Assembly (NCBI GenBank): GCA_013388675.1
Contig: JACAEW010000175.1
Span: 1 to 62,922, forward strand
Length of the DNA: 62,922 nt
Direction: 5' to 3'
Source of the DNA: Syntrophaceae bacterium
GTDB taxonomy: Bacteria; Desulfobacterota; SM23-61
Shown here: positions 39,495 through 53,113 of the stretch, in pieces
Position numbering within the stretch: the stretch's first letter is position 1
How the letters are laid out: every line of letters begins with the position of its first letter
The notes under the pieces: model-generated
Told to the model about the DNA's origin: nothing
What the model saw: the letters and a program-made list of their open reading frames with translations, nothing else
Database searches by the model: none
Translations under genes and position numbers: made by a program

Positions 39495-39560
39495 AATTTC
39501 CTCCGATTTTGGTTTTCTTTTTTTTAAAATATTTTTATCGATTCCATGGGGAAAGGTTCT

Positions 39561-42170
39561 TTATTCGCTCTCGGACGAAAGGCGGTTTTTCATGTCGCTC
39601 AGGATGTTGAGGGCATCCAGGGGGGTGAGGCGGTTCGGATCGACCCTGCGCAGGGTTTCGCGGATCGGGTCGGGGGGAGACTGGAAAAGGGTTCGCTGGT
39701 GGGTTTCCCAGGATATTTTCCTCTTCTTGGAAATCGCCAGTTTGGGAACTCCGGCATCGGTAAACTCGCCTTGTTCGAGATTATGCAAGACTTCCTTCGC
39801 TCTCTCGATCACCCCTTCCGGCAGGCCGGCCAGCCGGGCCACCTGGATGCCGTAGCTCCGGCTGGTTCCCCCTTCCACCAGCTTGCGGAGAAAGATCACC
39901 CGGTCATTCCATTCCTTCACCGCCACGTGATAATTCTTGACCCGCGGCTTGGTCATGGCCAGCTCGGTGAGCTCGTGGTAGTGGGTGGCAAAGAGCGTTT
40001 TGGGCTGGAAGGGGCAACTGTCATGGAGATACTCGGTTACCGCCCAAGCGATCGAGAGGCCGTCGAAGGTGCTCGTTCCCCTGCCGATTTCGTCGAGGAG
40101 GATCAGGCTCCGCGGGGTGATGTTTCGCAGGATGTGGGCCACCTCCTCCATTTCCACCATGAAGGTGCTCCGTCCGCGGACCAGGTCATCCGTGGCCCCC
40201 ACGCGGGTGAAGATGCGGTCCACCAAGCCGATGGTGGCCTCTTTGGCCGGGACGAAACTTCCCATTTGCGCCAGGATAACGATCAGCGCCGCCTGGCGCA
40301 TGATCGTCGATTTTCCAGCCATGTTGGGCCCGGTGATGACCAGGATTTGCCGGTCCTCTCCGTTCAGGAAAAGGTCGTTCGGAACAAAACGTTCATCGAG
40401 GGAGATGCGCTCCAGCACCGGATGCCGGCCCTCAGTGATGAATAAACTGTCCCCTTCATCCACCCGGGGACGGTTGTAGCCGTACCGCTCGGCCACCTCG
40501 GCCAGGGCGGCAAGGGCATCCACTTCCGCAATGGCCTGGGCGCTGATCTGGATTTTGGGAACCTCGGCCGCCACCTTCCTGAGCACTTCTTGGAAGAGTT
40601 GGTATTCCAGGGCTTCGCTCTGTTCCTCGGCCTGGAGGACCTGCGTTTCGTACTCTTGAAGTTCCGGGGTGATGAACCGCTCGGCGTTCGCCAGGGTCTG
40701 CTTGCGCATGTAATGGGAAGGAACGGAGGAGAGATTGGCCTTGGTGACTTCGATGTAATAACCGAAAACCCGGTTGAAACGGACCTTCAAAGAAGATATT
40801 CCAGTCCGCATTCGCTCCTTGGCCTCGAGATCGGCGATCCATCCCTTTCCTTCCCGTCCCAGGTCCCGGTACCGGTCCAAAGGGGCATTGAATCCCTTTT
40901 TGATCAGCCCCCCTTCTTTCAGCGACAAAGGGGGGGCATCCTCGATGGCCCGGCCCAGAAGGTCCCGGATGGAGGGAAGATCGTCCAGGCGTTCGAGGCA
41001 CCCCTTGAACCCATCATACTCCATGGGCGAAAGAAGAGTTTTCACATCGGGGATAAGGTTCAGCGAAGTTCGAAGGGCCACCAGGTCGCGGGCATTGGCC
41101 ACTCCCAGGGAAATCCTCGCCGAGAGTCTCTCCAGGTCCTTGATCTGGCGCAGGGCCTCCCGGAGGGCCTTCCTGGGCAGGTCCTTTTCCTTCAACTCGG
41201 CCACTTTCTCCAATCGGTCCTCGATCTTTTCCATATCCATCAGGGGGGCTCCCAGCCACCGCTTGAGCATCCGCCCTCCCATGGCCGTAACCGTTTCATC
41301 GAGGATGTCCAGCAAGGAACCTTTCCGGCTGCGGGCCTGAAGATTCTCGAAGAGCTCCAGGTTTCGCCGGGTTGTTTCGTCCAAAACCAGATAGTCCTGG
41401 ACCTGGTAAAACTCCAGCCGGGAGAGATGAACAGGAGAGGCCTTCTGAGTCTCTTGAACATAGAAAAGAATGGCCCCTACCGCTCGGAGGGATTCCTTTT
41501 TCCCCTCCGGAAGGGAAAGGCCCAAGGAGAGGATTCGTTCCCGGGATCGATCCGCCTCAAAGACCTCCGGGGGCAGGGAGCTGTAAAGGGCCTGGGGATA
41601 AGCCTTCATCAGGCTTTTCAAAGGAGTCTGCCCTTTGGCCGATTCGGCGACCAGGATTTCCTTGGGGGCGATCCGCAGAACCTCATCCCGCAGGGATTGA
41701 ACGGTATTCACTTCTGCCGCGAGGAAATCGGCGGTGGAGGCATCGAGGATGGCCAAACCGAAATGTTCCTCCCCCAGGGAAATGGCCATCAGGTAATTAT
41801 TGGCCTTAGGCTGGAGGAGGTCGTCCTCCAGGACCATTCCGGGGGTTACAATTCTTATAATTTCCCGGCGGACGAGCCCCTTGGCCTGGGAGGCCTCTTC
41901 CATCTGTTCGCAGACGGCTACCTTGAATCCCCGGTCAACCAGCTTTTGAATATAACCCGTGGCCGAGTGGCAAGGGACTCCGCAGAGGGGAACAGAGTCT
42001 TCCTTGCTCTTATCCCTCGAAGTTAAAGCAATATCTAAGATCTTTGAAGCTATCTGCGCGTCCTCAAAAAACATTTCATAGAAATCACCCATGCGATAAA
42101 AGAGAATAGCATCCGGACATTTGCTCTTGGTTTCCAAATACTGCTGGATCATGGGGGTGACATTGTTCAT
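39561..42170 (-). CDS. mutS: DNA mismatch repair protein MutS
   Basis: TPMIQQY, RMGDFYEMF, GPNMAGKS, DEIGRGTS, ATHYHEL. Confidence 0.98.
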   Translation of the reverse strand: MNNVTPMIQQYLETKSKCPDAILFYRMGDFYEMFFEDAQIASKILDIALTSRDKSKEDSVPLCGVPCHSATGYIQKLVDRGFKVAVCEQMEEASQAKGLVRREIIRIVTPGMVLEDDLLQPKANNYLMAISLGEEHFGLAILDASTADFLAAEVNTVQSLRDEVLRIAPKEILVAESAKGQTPLKSLMKAYPQALYSSLPPEVFEADRSRERILSLGLSLPEGKKESLRAVGAILFYVQETQKASPVHLSRLEFYQVQDYLVLDETTRRNLELFENLQARSRKGSLLDILDETVTAMGGRMLKRWLGAPLMDMEKIEDRLEKVAELKEKDLPRKALREALRQIKDLERLSARISLGVANARDLVALRTSLNLIPDVKTLLSPMEYDGFKGCLERLDDLPSIRDLLGRAIEDAPPLSLKEGGLIKKGFNAPLDRYRDLGREGKGWIADLEAKERMRTGISSLKVRFNRVFGYYIEVTKANLSSVPSHYMRKQTLANAERFITPELQEYETQVLQAEEQSEALEYQLFQEVLRKVAAEVPKIQISAQAIAEVDALAALAEVAERYGYNRPRVDEGDSLFITEGRHPVLERISLDERFVPNDLFLNGEDRQILVITGPNMAGKSTIMRQAALIVILAQMGSFVPAKEATIGLVDRIFTRVGATDDLVRGRSTFMVEMEEVAHILRNITPRSLILLDEIGRGTSTFDGLSIAWAVTEYLHDSCPFQPKTLFATHYHELTELAMTKPRVKNYHVAVKEWNDRVIFLRKLVEGGTSRSYGIQVARLAGLPEGVIERAKEVLHNLEQGEFTDAGVPKLAISKKRKISWETHQRTLFQSPPDPIRETLRRVDPNRLTPLDALNILSDMKNRLSSESE

Positions 42171-42238
42171 CGGTGACGGTCCTCGCCCGTTTTATCCACG
42201 TTATCGTACTCATGGGGAAAATTCAACCGGGGAACATC

Positions 42239-42317
42239 CTGGTGCGGGTTGCTCGTCGCTGGTTGCTGGCTAAGATACAATTTTTTCACCCGGAAACATC
42301 CAACCGGGAACCAGCAG
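42239..42317. repeat. degenerate heptamer tandem inverted repeat
   Basis: (TGGTTGC)-like units facing (CCAGCAA)-like units between mutS and the CBS gene. Confidence 0.5.
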
Positions 42318-42418
42318 CCGGTTGCCGGAATAAATCCCTTGACGTTCATTTTCGGATTCAATAAACTTAGCTGAGATTTACAGATGCCATACCATAACAG
42401 CGGACAGGAGGGATCCCT

Positions 42419-43063
42419 ATGCTGGTGCGGAGAAAAATGAAGAAGGACTTGGTTACCGTAACCAAGGACGAAAGAATGACCGTCGCCAAGAAGCTGCTGA
42501 AAGAAAAAAACATCCGCCATCTGCCGGTCGTGGACGGCAAAAAATTGGTCGGATTGGTTACCAACATGGATATTCGCAAGGCCGAGGCTTCACCCGCCAC
42601 TTCCCTGGAAATTCGGGAGCTTCACTACCTCCTGGACAAACTGACGGTGGGAGAGATCATGACCCGCAACGTCATAACCATATCCCCGGATATTTCCCTG
42701 GAAGAAGCGGCCATTCTTCTTCATGACAATAAAATCGGCTGCCTTCCGGTGGTGGAAGACGGCAATCTGGTGGGAATTCTAACCGAGAATGATGTTATGG
42801 AAGTCCTGATCGAGGTCATGGGGATGAAGGAAAAGGGGAGCCGGTTGGAAGTTCTGGCGGACGACAAGCCCGGAGCCCTTGCCGATATCACCCGGATCAT
42901 CAAAGAGCACAACGTCAATATCACCAGCGTCGTCACGGATACGGCCGATGAACCCGGCAAGCGGCTGGTGGTCTTTAAGCTAAAAACCTTCTACTTCGAA
43001 CCCATCAAAAAAGCCCTTGAAGCGGGGGGCTACCCCGTCCAATACGCCAAAATCGAGAAGTAG
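42419..43063 (+). CDS. CBS-pair plus ACT domain protein (AcuB-like)
   Basis: IRHLPVVD, ASPATSL, IGCLPVV, DDKPGALA. Confidence 0.9.
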   Translation: MLVRRKMKKDLVTVTKDERMTVAKKLLKEKNIRHLPVVDGKKLVGLVTNMDIRKAEASPATSLEIRELHYLLDKLTVGEIMTRNVITISPDISLEEAAILLHDNKIGCLPVVEDGNLVGILTENDVMEVLIEVMGMKEKGSRLEVLADDKPGALADITRIIKEHNVNITSVVTDTADEPGKRLVVFKLKTFYFEPIKKALEAGGYPVQYAKIEK

Positions 43064-43162
43064 TCCGCCTCCGGGGAGGAGGAAGAAGCCCCTGGCCTCT
43101 TCCCTCCCCTGCCTTCCTTCCCGCCCGCTGAAAAGCGAGACCCTTGGCAGGAAATCGTTAAA

Positions 43163-43459
43163 TCAGTTTTCATGGTTCCTTCTCTCTTCGATGATGCGGT
43201 TTCGTTCTTTTTCCAGGTCGGCGATGGCTCTGCGGCACTGCCGGACCCGGGAATGGAGTCCGATTTTGGAAAAGAAGGCCCACAACCCCGAAAGGATCAG
43301 TCCCAGGAGAAGAAAAAGGAGCGCCCAGAGAAAGAGGGGAAGAGGCGGGGTCTCCAAGCCGAAGTAGTACTTGAGGGCGACGGGCGTATCGTTCTGGATG
43401 GCGAACCCGATTCCCAATACCAAGAGGAGAAAAAAAACGCTCCCGCGAGCCAGACCCAT
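43163..43459 (-). CDS. LapA (DUF1049) family membrane protein
   Basis: FAIQN motif, two TMs, C-terminal coiled coil. Confidence 0.82.
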   Translation of the reverse strand: MGLARGSVFFLLLVLGIGFAIQNDTPVALKYYFGLETPPLPLFLWALLFLLLGLILSGLWAFFSKIGLHSRVRQCRRAIADLEKERNRIIEERRNHEN

Positions 43460-43470
43460 AATCCCTCCGC

Positions 43471-43962
43471 CTATTTACCGGTCTTGCGAAAGAAGGGCGA
43501 TAATCTTCGGTAGGTTTCCTTCAGGTGTTCGGGAATGACCCGTACTTCTCCTACAGCGGGCATGAAGTTCGTGTCCCCGTTCCACCGCGGCACGATGTGA
43601 AAGTGGAGATGATGGAGGACCCCTGCCCCGGCCACCCGCCCGAGGTTCATTCCCACGTTGAAACCGTCGGGATGAAAGGCTTTCTTCAAAATTTCGATCG
43701 ATTGGCCCAAGTGGAAGAGAATATCCGTCATTTCCGTTTTTTTTAAGTTTTTCACCTGGTCAACGTGGCGCACCGGAGCCACCATGAGGTGGGCATAAGA
43801 ATACGGATACCGGTTGAGCATCACCAGGGCGCGGGGAGTCCGTCGAAGAATCAGCCTTTCCCGGTCTGAACGGCCATCCATGGGGCAGAAGATACATCTC
43901 TGCTCCTTCTTATCGGCGAGTATGTAGGTCATTCGCCATGGGGCGAAGAGAAGTTCAACCAT
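43471..43962 (-). CDS. HIT family hydrolase (Ap4A phosphorylase-like)
   Basis: FAPWR, CIFC, GFNVGMNLG, HLHFHIVPRW. Confidence 0.93.
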   Translation of the reverse strand: MVELLFAPWRMTYILADKKEQRCIFCPMDGRSDRERLILRRTPRALVMLNRYPYSYAHLMVAPVRHVDQVKNLKKTEMTDILFHLGQSIEILKKAFHPDGFNVGMNLGRVAGAGVLHHLHFHIVPRWNGDTNFMPAVGEVRVIPEHLKETYRRLSPFFRKTGK

Positions 43963-43980
43963 TCCTCTCTCCCTCGACGC

Positions 43981-44457
43981 TCACAAGTAGATGATTTGCC
44001 CCGAAATCGCTTCTCCCAGGCTCAAAAGGCCCACGCTCCTGGGGCTCCTCCCCCTTCCCCCGTCGAAGGCCCCGGGGTTGAAAAAAAGCACCCATCCCCG
44101 CTCCCTTTGGGAGGCCGCATGGGTGTGGCCGTAAACGATGCAATCCATCTTCGCAAATTCCTTGGCGACCCGCTCCTCGATTCCCTGGGGGGCCCCCCAT
44201 CCGTGGACCAAACCAATGCTGAATTTGCCCGTCCGCAAAACTCGCTGGCTCGGAAGCTGCCGGCGAACCGGTTGGGCATCCATGTTCCCGCAGACGGCCA
44301 AAAGGTTCTTGCCGGCGAAGGCTTCCAGGACGGCCAGTTCGGTTAGGTCTCCCGCGTGCAGGATGGTGTCCACCCCTTTGAAGGGCCCCGCCAGAAGGGC
44401 TTTCAATTCCTGGCTCGGCATCCCCAAATGAGTATCGGAAATCACGCCGATGTGCAT
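43981..44457 (-). CDS. YfcE-type metallophosphoesterase
   Basis: ISDTH, HAGD, GNMD, GHTH, NPG. Confidence 0.92.
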   Translation of the reverse strand: MHIGVISDTHLGMPSQELKALLAGPFKGVDTILHAGDLTELAVLEAFAGKNLLAVCGNMDAQPVRRQLPSQRVLRTGKFSIGLVHGWGAPQGIEERVAKEFAKMDCIVYGHTHAASQRERGWVLFFNPGAFDGGRGRSPRSVGLLSLGEAISGQIIYL

Positions 44458-44555
44458 CGCCTTGCTTCTTTCCTTTTTCCCGGACCCGGTTCCCGACGGC
44501 ACCTATTATATTCCTTTCCCCCGCAAAAAAAAAGGAATTAGTTGAAGGATTCGGA

Positions 44556-45314
44556 TCAGCTTTTTAATTCGGTCAATTCGATCTCTCCCCAGGCAGCCAT
44601 TTTGTCCCCCGCGATGATCACCGCACCGGCCACCCCCGCAATTTCTTTCGCCCGGTCCAATCCCTCCTTCAGGTCGGCGGAGGAGCGGACCCGGTTGCCC
44701 ACTGCCGTGGCCGCCGCGTCGGCCAGGGCCGCGGAGGAGGAAAGAATGCAAACCGCGTCGGCCCGGCCGAGGCTGAGGGACGGGCCCACCGTTCCCGACG
44801 AGGTACACACTCCCCAGCCATCTTCGGAGGCAGGAACCAGAAGGCCCACCCGGAGGCTGAAGGAAGACTTTCCCGCAAAGATTCCCACGGGCACCCTCCG
44901 GGGGGCGCGGAGAAAAATGTCCCCCCCGTTTTCCACAATAATTTCGGGCGACTCCTTCAACAGGTCCCGTCCTACCGCTTCGGCGAGGGCTCCCGCCACT
45001 GCGGCCATGGGCCCCACGCCTGCGGCCTGGCTCGCCCGGATCATGGGTTGAACGATCGGCGGCGCCCAGTCGTCGGTGGGCCAGGGGGTCAGGGAGTCAA
45101 GGAAGGAAGGATGAAGGTGGATGTAGGTTTCAAGCTGATGCCGGTGGTGGAGGATGGACTGCCGGGCAGGCTCGGCCAGGTTGCGTGCGGCCTTGATGTA
45201 AAGGTCGGTCTCCTTCACCATCACCTGAAAGGAAACCAGTCCTGGATTGAAAAGAAGGTTGCGGTATTTTCTTTCTTGATAGGATTCTCCCCGGCCCCCG
45301 GACTTTTCCCCCAC
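44556..45314 (-). CDS. UPF0280 / COG2122 ApbE-like protein (MA1715 family)
   Basis: VKETDL, VGPMAAVAG, ENGGD, CTSSGTVGPSLSLG, ADAAATAVGN. Confidence 0.88.
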   Translation of the reverse strand: MGEKSGGRGESYQERKYRNLLFNPGLVSFQVMVKETDLYIKAARNLAEPARQSILHHRHQLETYIHLHPSFLDSLTPWPTDDWAPPIVQPMIRASQAAGVGPMAAVAGALAEAVGRDLLKESPEIIVENGGDIFLRAPRRVPVGIFAGKSSFSLRVGLLVPASEDGWGVCTSSGTVGPSLSLGRADAVCILSSSAALADAAATAVGNRVRSSADLKEGLDRAKEIAGVAGAVIIAGDKMAAWGEIELTELKS

Positions 45315-45324
45315 GGAAGGACTC

Positions 45325-46284
45325 CTATCCCCCGAGCACCCGGCCCATATAACGGTATTTTTCGTACCTTTTCTGCAGGAGCTGTTCCCCGGGGGTTTGC
45401 TGGAGGTCCTTCAAGTGACGGGCCAGAGATTCCGCCAGGGTGCGGGCCATCCCTTCTCCATCCCGATGGGCCCCCCCCAGGGGCTCGAGAAGAACTTCGT
45501 CGATGACCCCCAGCTCCAGCAGGTCGATGGCCGTTCCGCGCAAAGCCTCCGCCGCCTTTTCCTTTTCCGTTTCCGCCTTCCAGAGAATGGCCGCACACCC
45601 TTCGGGGGAAATCACCGAATAGGTGGCGTTCTCGAGCATCAGCAGGCGGTCTCCCACGCCCAAGGCCAATGCACCCCCGCTCCCTCCCTCCCCGATGATC
45701 ACGGAGATGATGGGGGTACGCAGGGTGGCCATGGCTTGAAGGTCTTCGGCGATGGCCAGGGCCTGGCCCCTTTCCTCCGCCCCCTGGCCGGGATAGGCTC
45801 CCGGGGTGTCGATCATGGTGATCAGCGGTTTTCCGAATTGTTCGGCCAATTTCATGAGACGAAGGGCCTTGCGGTAACCCTCCGGGTTGGGCATGCCGAA
45901 GTTGCGGGCCATCTTTTCTTTAACCGTCCGGCCCTTCTGATGACCCACAACCATGACCGGAATCCCCTGGAACCTCGCCAGGCCCCCCACGATGGCCGGA
46001 TCGTCCCCAAACTTCCGGTCCCCGTGCAACTCCAGAAAATCGGAAAAAACCCGTTCCACGTAATCCAAAAACGTGGGACGATTGAAATGCCGGGAAAGCT
46101 GCGTCCGCTGCCATCGGGAAAGGTTGGAATAGACCTTGGCCAGGGCTTTTTGAAGCTGTTTTTCCAGACTGGCGACCTCTTCGGCGATCCGGGGATGGGG
46201 ATGGTAGGAAAAGGTTTTCAGCTCGGCAATCTTCTTGTCGATTTCGGCGATGGGTTTTTCGAAGTCCAGGTAATACAGAGCCAT
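45325..46284 (-). CDS. accA: acetyl-CoA carboxylase carboxyltransferase alpha
   Basis: LDFEKP, ELHGDR, NFGM, DTPGAYPG, GEGGSGGAL; follows dnaE. Confidence 0.97.
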   Translation of the reverse strand: MALYYLDFEKPIAEIDKKIAELKTFSYHPHPRIAEEVASLEKQLQKALAKVYSNLSRWQRTQLSRHFNRPTFLDYVERVFSDFLELHGDRKFGDDPAIVGGLARFQGIPVMVVGHQKGRTVKEKMARNFGMPNPEGYRKALRLMKLAEQFGKPLITMIDTPGAYPGQGAEERGQALAIAEDLQAMATLRTPIISVIIGEGGSGGALALGVGDRLLMLENATYSVISPEGCAAILWKAETEKEKAAEALRGTAIDLLELGVIDEVLLEPLGGAHRDGEGMARTLAESLARHLKDLQQTPGEQLLQKRYEKYRYMGRVLGG

Positions 46285-46302
46285 TCGGATTGACCCTACA
46301 GC

Positions 46303-46403
46303 AAGGGGAAAGGGCGAAAAGGAGAATAGGCGAAAGGGGGGATTCGCGGCTTCCAAGCTTTGTCGTTTCCCTTTCGCCGTTTCGCCCCTTCCCCTTTTCG
46401 CCC
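46303..46403. repeat. octamer tandem inverted repeat
   Basis: AAGGGGAA/AGGGCGAA/AAGGAGAA/TAGGCGAA facing TTCGCCGT/TTCGCCCC/TTCCCCTT/TTCGCCC between dnaE and accA. Confidence 0.65.
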
Positions 46404-46410
46404 GTCGTTT

Positions 46411-49400
46411 CTAAGCCTGAAAACTCACGGCCTCGTAACCCAGCAGGTCCCGGATCCGGTGGACCAGTTGATCGGTGGAACTCAGCTTCCATTCTTCCCC
46501 CAGGTCGATGACCGCCTCTTTCTCGCCCGGGAGAATCAAATGCAAGTAGGCCGGGCAGTTGCCGCGGCAATCCTGGAAGATTTCCCGCAGGGTCTCCAGG
46601 TCCTCCCGGCGCAGCCCTTCGGAGAGCAACCGGAGATGGACGCTGGTGGTCAGCTTGCCCACGGCCTGTTCGAAGGGCAGGACCTCGCTGGCGATGATCT
46701 TTACGCTCTCCTCTCCGGCGTCCACTCTCCCTTTGATGAAGATGGGGTCTTCGCTCTTCAGGAGGAGGGAGGAATTTTTATAGAGCTCGGAAAAGATGAT
46801 GACCTCCACCATCCCATTCAGGTCCTCCAGGCTGACGAAGGCCATGCGGTCTCCCTTTTTGGTGTTGATCTCCTTCAGGGAGTTGACTACCCCCCCGATG
46901 AGCACTTCCTGGCCGTCGGCCGCCTCTTGGACCTTGACCGTGTCCATGGAAGTGAATCGCTGCAGGGTCGGGGCATAACTGCTCAAGGGGTGGCCAGTCA
47001 GGTAGAAACCCAGGGTTTCTTTCTCCGCGGCCAACCGCTGGCTTTCAGGCCAAGGGGGCACATCGGGAAGGCGCGGCTCGTTTTTACGCCTCCCCCCCTG
47101 CATCCCCCCGAACATGGCGATTTGATGGTTGGCCCGCTCCCTTTCCACTCCCTGGGCCCATTCCATGGTCTCTTCCAACCCGGCCAGGAGCTGGGCCCGG
47201 GAAAAGCCCAGGCTTTCGAAGGACCCGCTTTTGATGAGGCTCTCGATGACTCGTTTATTGACCTTGCGCAGGTCCACCTTCAGGCAAAAATCGGCCAGGG
47301 AGGTAAAATTTCCCTTCTCCTCCCGGGCCGAAAGGATCGATTGGATGGCGGCCTGGCCCACGTTCTTCACCGCGGCCAGGCCGAAGCGGATCTTCTCCCC
47401 CACCACGGTGAAGTCTTGCTGGCTTTCATTCACGTCCGGGGGGAGAACCTCGAGTTTCTTCTCCCGGCACTCCCCCAGGTGGCGCAGGATTTTATCCGAG
47501 TTCCCCATTTCCGAAGAGAGGAGCGCGGCCATAAATTCCACGGGATAATGAGCCTTGAGGAAGGCCGTCTGGAAGGCCACCAGGGCATAGGCGGCGCTGT
47601 GGGATTTGTTGAAACCGTACTCGGCGAACTTGGCCATGAGGTCGAAAAGCTTCTCCGCCTTCTTCGCCGGGATTTTGCTCTTTTGCGCGCCTTCGATGAA
47701 GTTTTTCTTCTGCATGGCCATATCATCGGGGTTTTTCTTTCCCATGGCCCGACGGAGGATATCCGCCTGGGCGAGGGTGAAGTTGGCCAGCTGGGTGGCG
47801 ATTTTCATCACTTGTTCCTGGTAGACGATGACTCCGTAGGTTTCTTCCAAGACCTCCTTCAGCTCGGGCACTTCGTAGGTGATCGCGGTCTTGCCCTGCT
47901 TGCGCTTGATGAAGTCATCCACCATGCCGCTCTTGAGAGGCCCCGGACGGTACAGGGCCAGAAGGGCGACGAGGTCCTCGAAACGCTCGGGAAGAAGGCG
48001 CATGACCAGGTCCTTCATTCCGGAGCTTTCCAGCTGGAACACCCCCGAAGTGTCCCCGGAGCTGAGAAGGTCATAGGTTTTTTTATCGGTCAGGGAAATC
48101 CGGCGCAGGTCCAGCCTCTCTCCCCGGGAGGCTTCCACCCGCTTGAGCACGTCTTCGATCATGGTCAGCGTTTTCAGCCCCAGAAAATCGAACTTGATGA
48201 GTCCGATCTTCTCCACGTCCTTCATGGCGTACTGGGTCATGATTTCATTCTGCTGACCCCGGTAAAGCGGCACCACTTCGACCAGGGGGCGGTTGCTGAT
48301 CACCACCCCGGCGGCATGGGTGGAGGCGTGGCGGGGCAAACCTTCCAAGGCCTGGGCCAGGGTTAAAAGCCTTTTCACCTCCGGGTTGCTTCTGGCCAGC
48401 TCATTCAGGCGGGGTTCCTGTTGCAGGGCCTCCTGGAGGGTGATGTTTAACGTGTTGGGGATCATCTTGGCGATGCGGTCCACTTCCCCGTAAGGCATGT
48501 CCAGGGCCCGGCCCACATCCCGGATTACGGCCCGGGCCTGCATCTTCCCGAAGGTGATGATCTGGGCCACATGATCTTGGCCGTACTTATTGCGGACGTA
48601 CTGGATGACCTCCTCCCGGCCCTGGATGCAAAAATCGATGTCGATGTCCGGAGGGCTCACCCGTTCGGGGTTCAAGAACCGCTCGAAGAGGAGCCCGTTG
48701 ACCAGCGGGTCGATTTCGGTGATTCCCAGACAATAGGCGGCCAGCGATCCGGCGCCGGAGCCCCGGCCCGGTCCCACGGGAATTCCCTTGGATTTGGCAT
48801 ACCGGATGAAATCGGAAACGATCAGGAAATACCCCGAAAAGCCCATCTTCTGAATCATGCCGATCTCTTTTTGCAGGCGCTGCCGGTAAAACTCAACGCC
48901 CATGGGAATCGGTTGGCCGCGGGATTGCAGCTCGGCCAGCCGGTCTTCCAGGCCTTTTTGCGCGGTCCTTTCCAAAAAACTATCCAGGGTCTCTCCCGGG
49001 GGGACCTGAAACTGGGGAAACTGGAGTTCGCTGAGCTTCAAGTCCAGGTTGCACCGCTCGGCCACTTCGATGGTGTTCCTCATGGCCTCCGGGCAGTAGG
49101 AAAAGAGCTCCGCCATCTCGTCTGCCGAGCGGAAAAAGAACTCGTTGGTGGAGAATTTCATCCGGTCCGCGTCTTTCAGCGTTTTTCCGGTCTGGATGCA
49201 GAGGAGGATTTCGTGGGCTTGGGCATCCTCCTTTTTCAAATAATGACAATCATTGGTGGCGACCAGGGGAAGCGAAAGTTCCCGGGCAATCTGCATCAAG
49301 CCATGGTTGACCTTTCGCTGTTCCGGGATCTTGTTCTCCTGTAATTCCAGGTAAAACCGCCGGTCGGGGAAGATGGACTTGAAGTCATCGGCCGCCCGGA

Positions 49401-49875
49401 GGGCCCTGTTGAAGTCTTCCCCGATGAGGTAAAAAGGGACCTCGCCATGAAGACACGAGCTCATGGCGATGAGCCCCTCGTTGTTCGCCTGGAGGAGCTC
49501 CTTATCCACCCGCGGCTTGTAGTAGAAACCCTCCAGGTGGGCCAGGGAGACCAGTTTCATCAGGTTTCGGTATCCGACCAGGTTTTTAGCCAGGAGGATC
49601 AGGTGGAAGGAGGCTTCGGACGGGCCTTTTACGTTTTTATCGAACCGGCTTCCCGGGGCCACGTAGACTTCGCACCCGAGGATGGGCTTGAGGCCGGCTT
49701 TCTCGGCTTGCTGGTAAAATTCGATGGCTCCGAACATGGTTCCATGGTCGGTCATGGCCAGGGCGGGCATGCGGTAGGTTTTGGCCCTCTCGAAGAGGTC
49801 CTCCAGCCGGATGGCCCCGTCCAGGAGGCTGTATTGGGTATGAAGGTGAAGATGAACAAATTCCGAATGTCTCAT
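46411..49875 (-). CDS. dnaE: DNA polymerase III alpha subunit
   Basis: FVHLHLHTQYSLLDG, GRGSGAGS, PDIDIDF, KFDFLGL, YGFNKSH. Confidence 0.98.
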   Translation of the reverse strand: MRHSEFVHLHLHTQYSLLDGAIRLEDLFERAKTYRMPALAMTDHGTMFGAIEFYQQAEKAGLKPILGCEVYVAPGSRFDKNVKGPSEASFHLILLAKNLVGYRNLMKLVSLAHLEGFYYKPRVDKELLQANNEGLIAMSSCLHGEVPFYLIGEDFNRALRAADDFKSIFPDRRFYLELQENKIPEQRKVNHGLMQIARELSLPLVATNDCHYLKKEDAQAHEILLCIQTGKTLKDADRMKFSTNEFFFRSADEMAELFSYCPEAMRNTIEVAERCNLDLKLSELQFPQFQVPPGETLDSFLERTAQKGLEDRLAELQSRGQPIPMGVEFYRQRLQKEIGMIQKMGFSGYFLIVSDFIRYAKSKGIPVGPGRGSGAGSLAAYCLGITEIDPLVNGLLFERFLNPERVSPPDIDIDFCIQGREEVIQYVRNKYGQDHVAQIITFGKMQARAVIRDVGRALDMPYGEVDRIAKMIPNTLNITLQEALQQEPRLNELARSNPEVKRLLTLAQALEGLPRHASTHAAGVVISNRPLVEVVPLYRGQQNEIMTQYAMKDVEKIGLIKFDFLGLKTLTMIEDVLKRVEASRGERLDLRRISLTDKKTYDLLSSGDTSGVFQLESSGMKDLVMRLLPERFEDLVALLALYRPGPLKSGMVDDFIKRKQGKTAITYEVPELKEVLEETYGVIVYQEQVMKIATQLANFTLAQADILRRAMGKKNPDDMAMQKKNFIEGAQKSKIPAKKAEKLFDLMAKFAEYGFNKSHSAAYALVAFQTAFLKAHYPVEFMAALLSSEMGNSDKILRHLGECREKKLEVLPPDVNESQQDFTVVGEKIRFGLAAVKNVGQAAIQSILSAREEKGNFTSLADFCLKVDLRKVNKRVIESLIKSGSFESLGFSRAQLLAGLEETMEWAQGVERERANHQIAMFGGMQGGRRKNEPRLPDVPPWPESQRLAAEKETLGFYLTGHPLSSYAPTLQRFTSMDTVKVQEAADGQEVLIGGVVNSLKEINTKKGDRMAFVSLEDLNGMVEVIIFSELYKNSSLLLKSEDPIFIKGRVDAGEESVKIIASEVLPFEQAVGKLTTSVHLRLLSEGLRREDLETLREIFQDCRGNCPAYLHLILPGEKEAVIDLGEEWKLSSTDQLVHRIRDLLGYEAVSFQA

Positions 49876-49898
49876 AAAAATTGCCTTACATTCAAACC

Positions 49899-49974
49899 GC
49901 ATAATGCATAGGGCAGAGAGCATAGCTTTCAGGGGGTTCCTTTAGTCCCTCACGCTATGCGCTTTGCTCTATAC
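49899..49974. repeat. heptamer tandem inverted repeat
   Basis: GCATAAT GCATAGG GCAGAGA GCATAGC facing GCTATGC GCTTTGC TCTATAC between guaA and dnaE. Confidence 0.6.
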
Positions 49975-49990
49975 AGGGTGCGCTTTTCCC

Positions 49991-53098
<3,108 letters not shown>

Positions 53099-53113
53099 GG
53101 AGGACGAGCCCTG

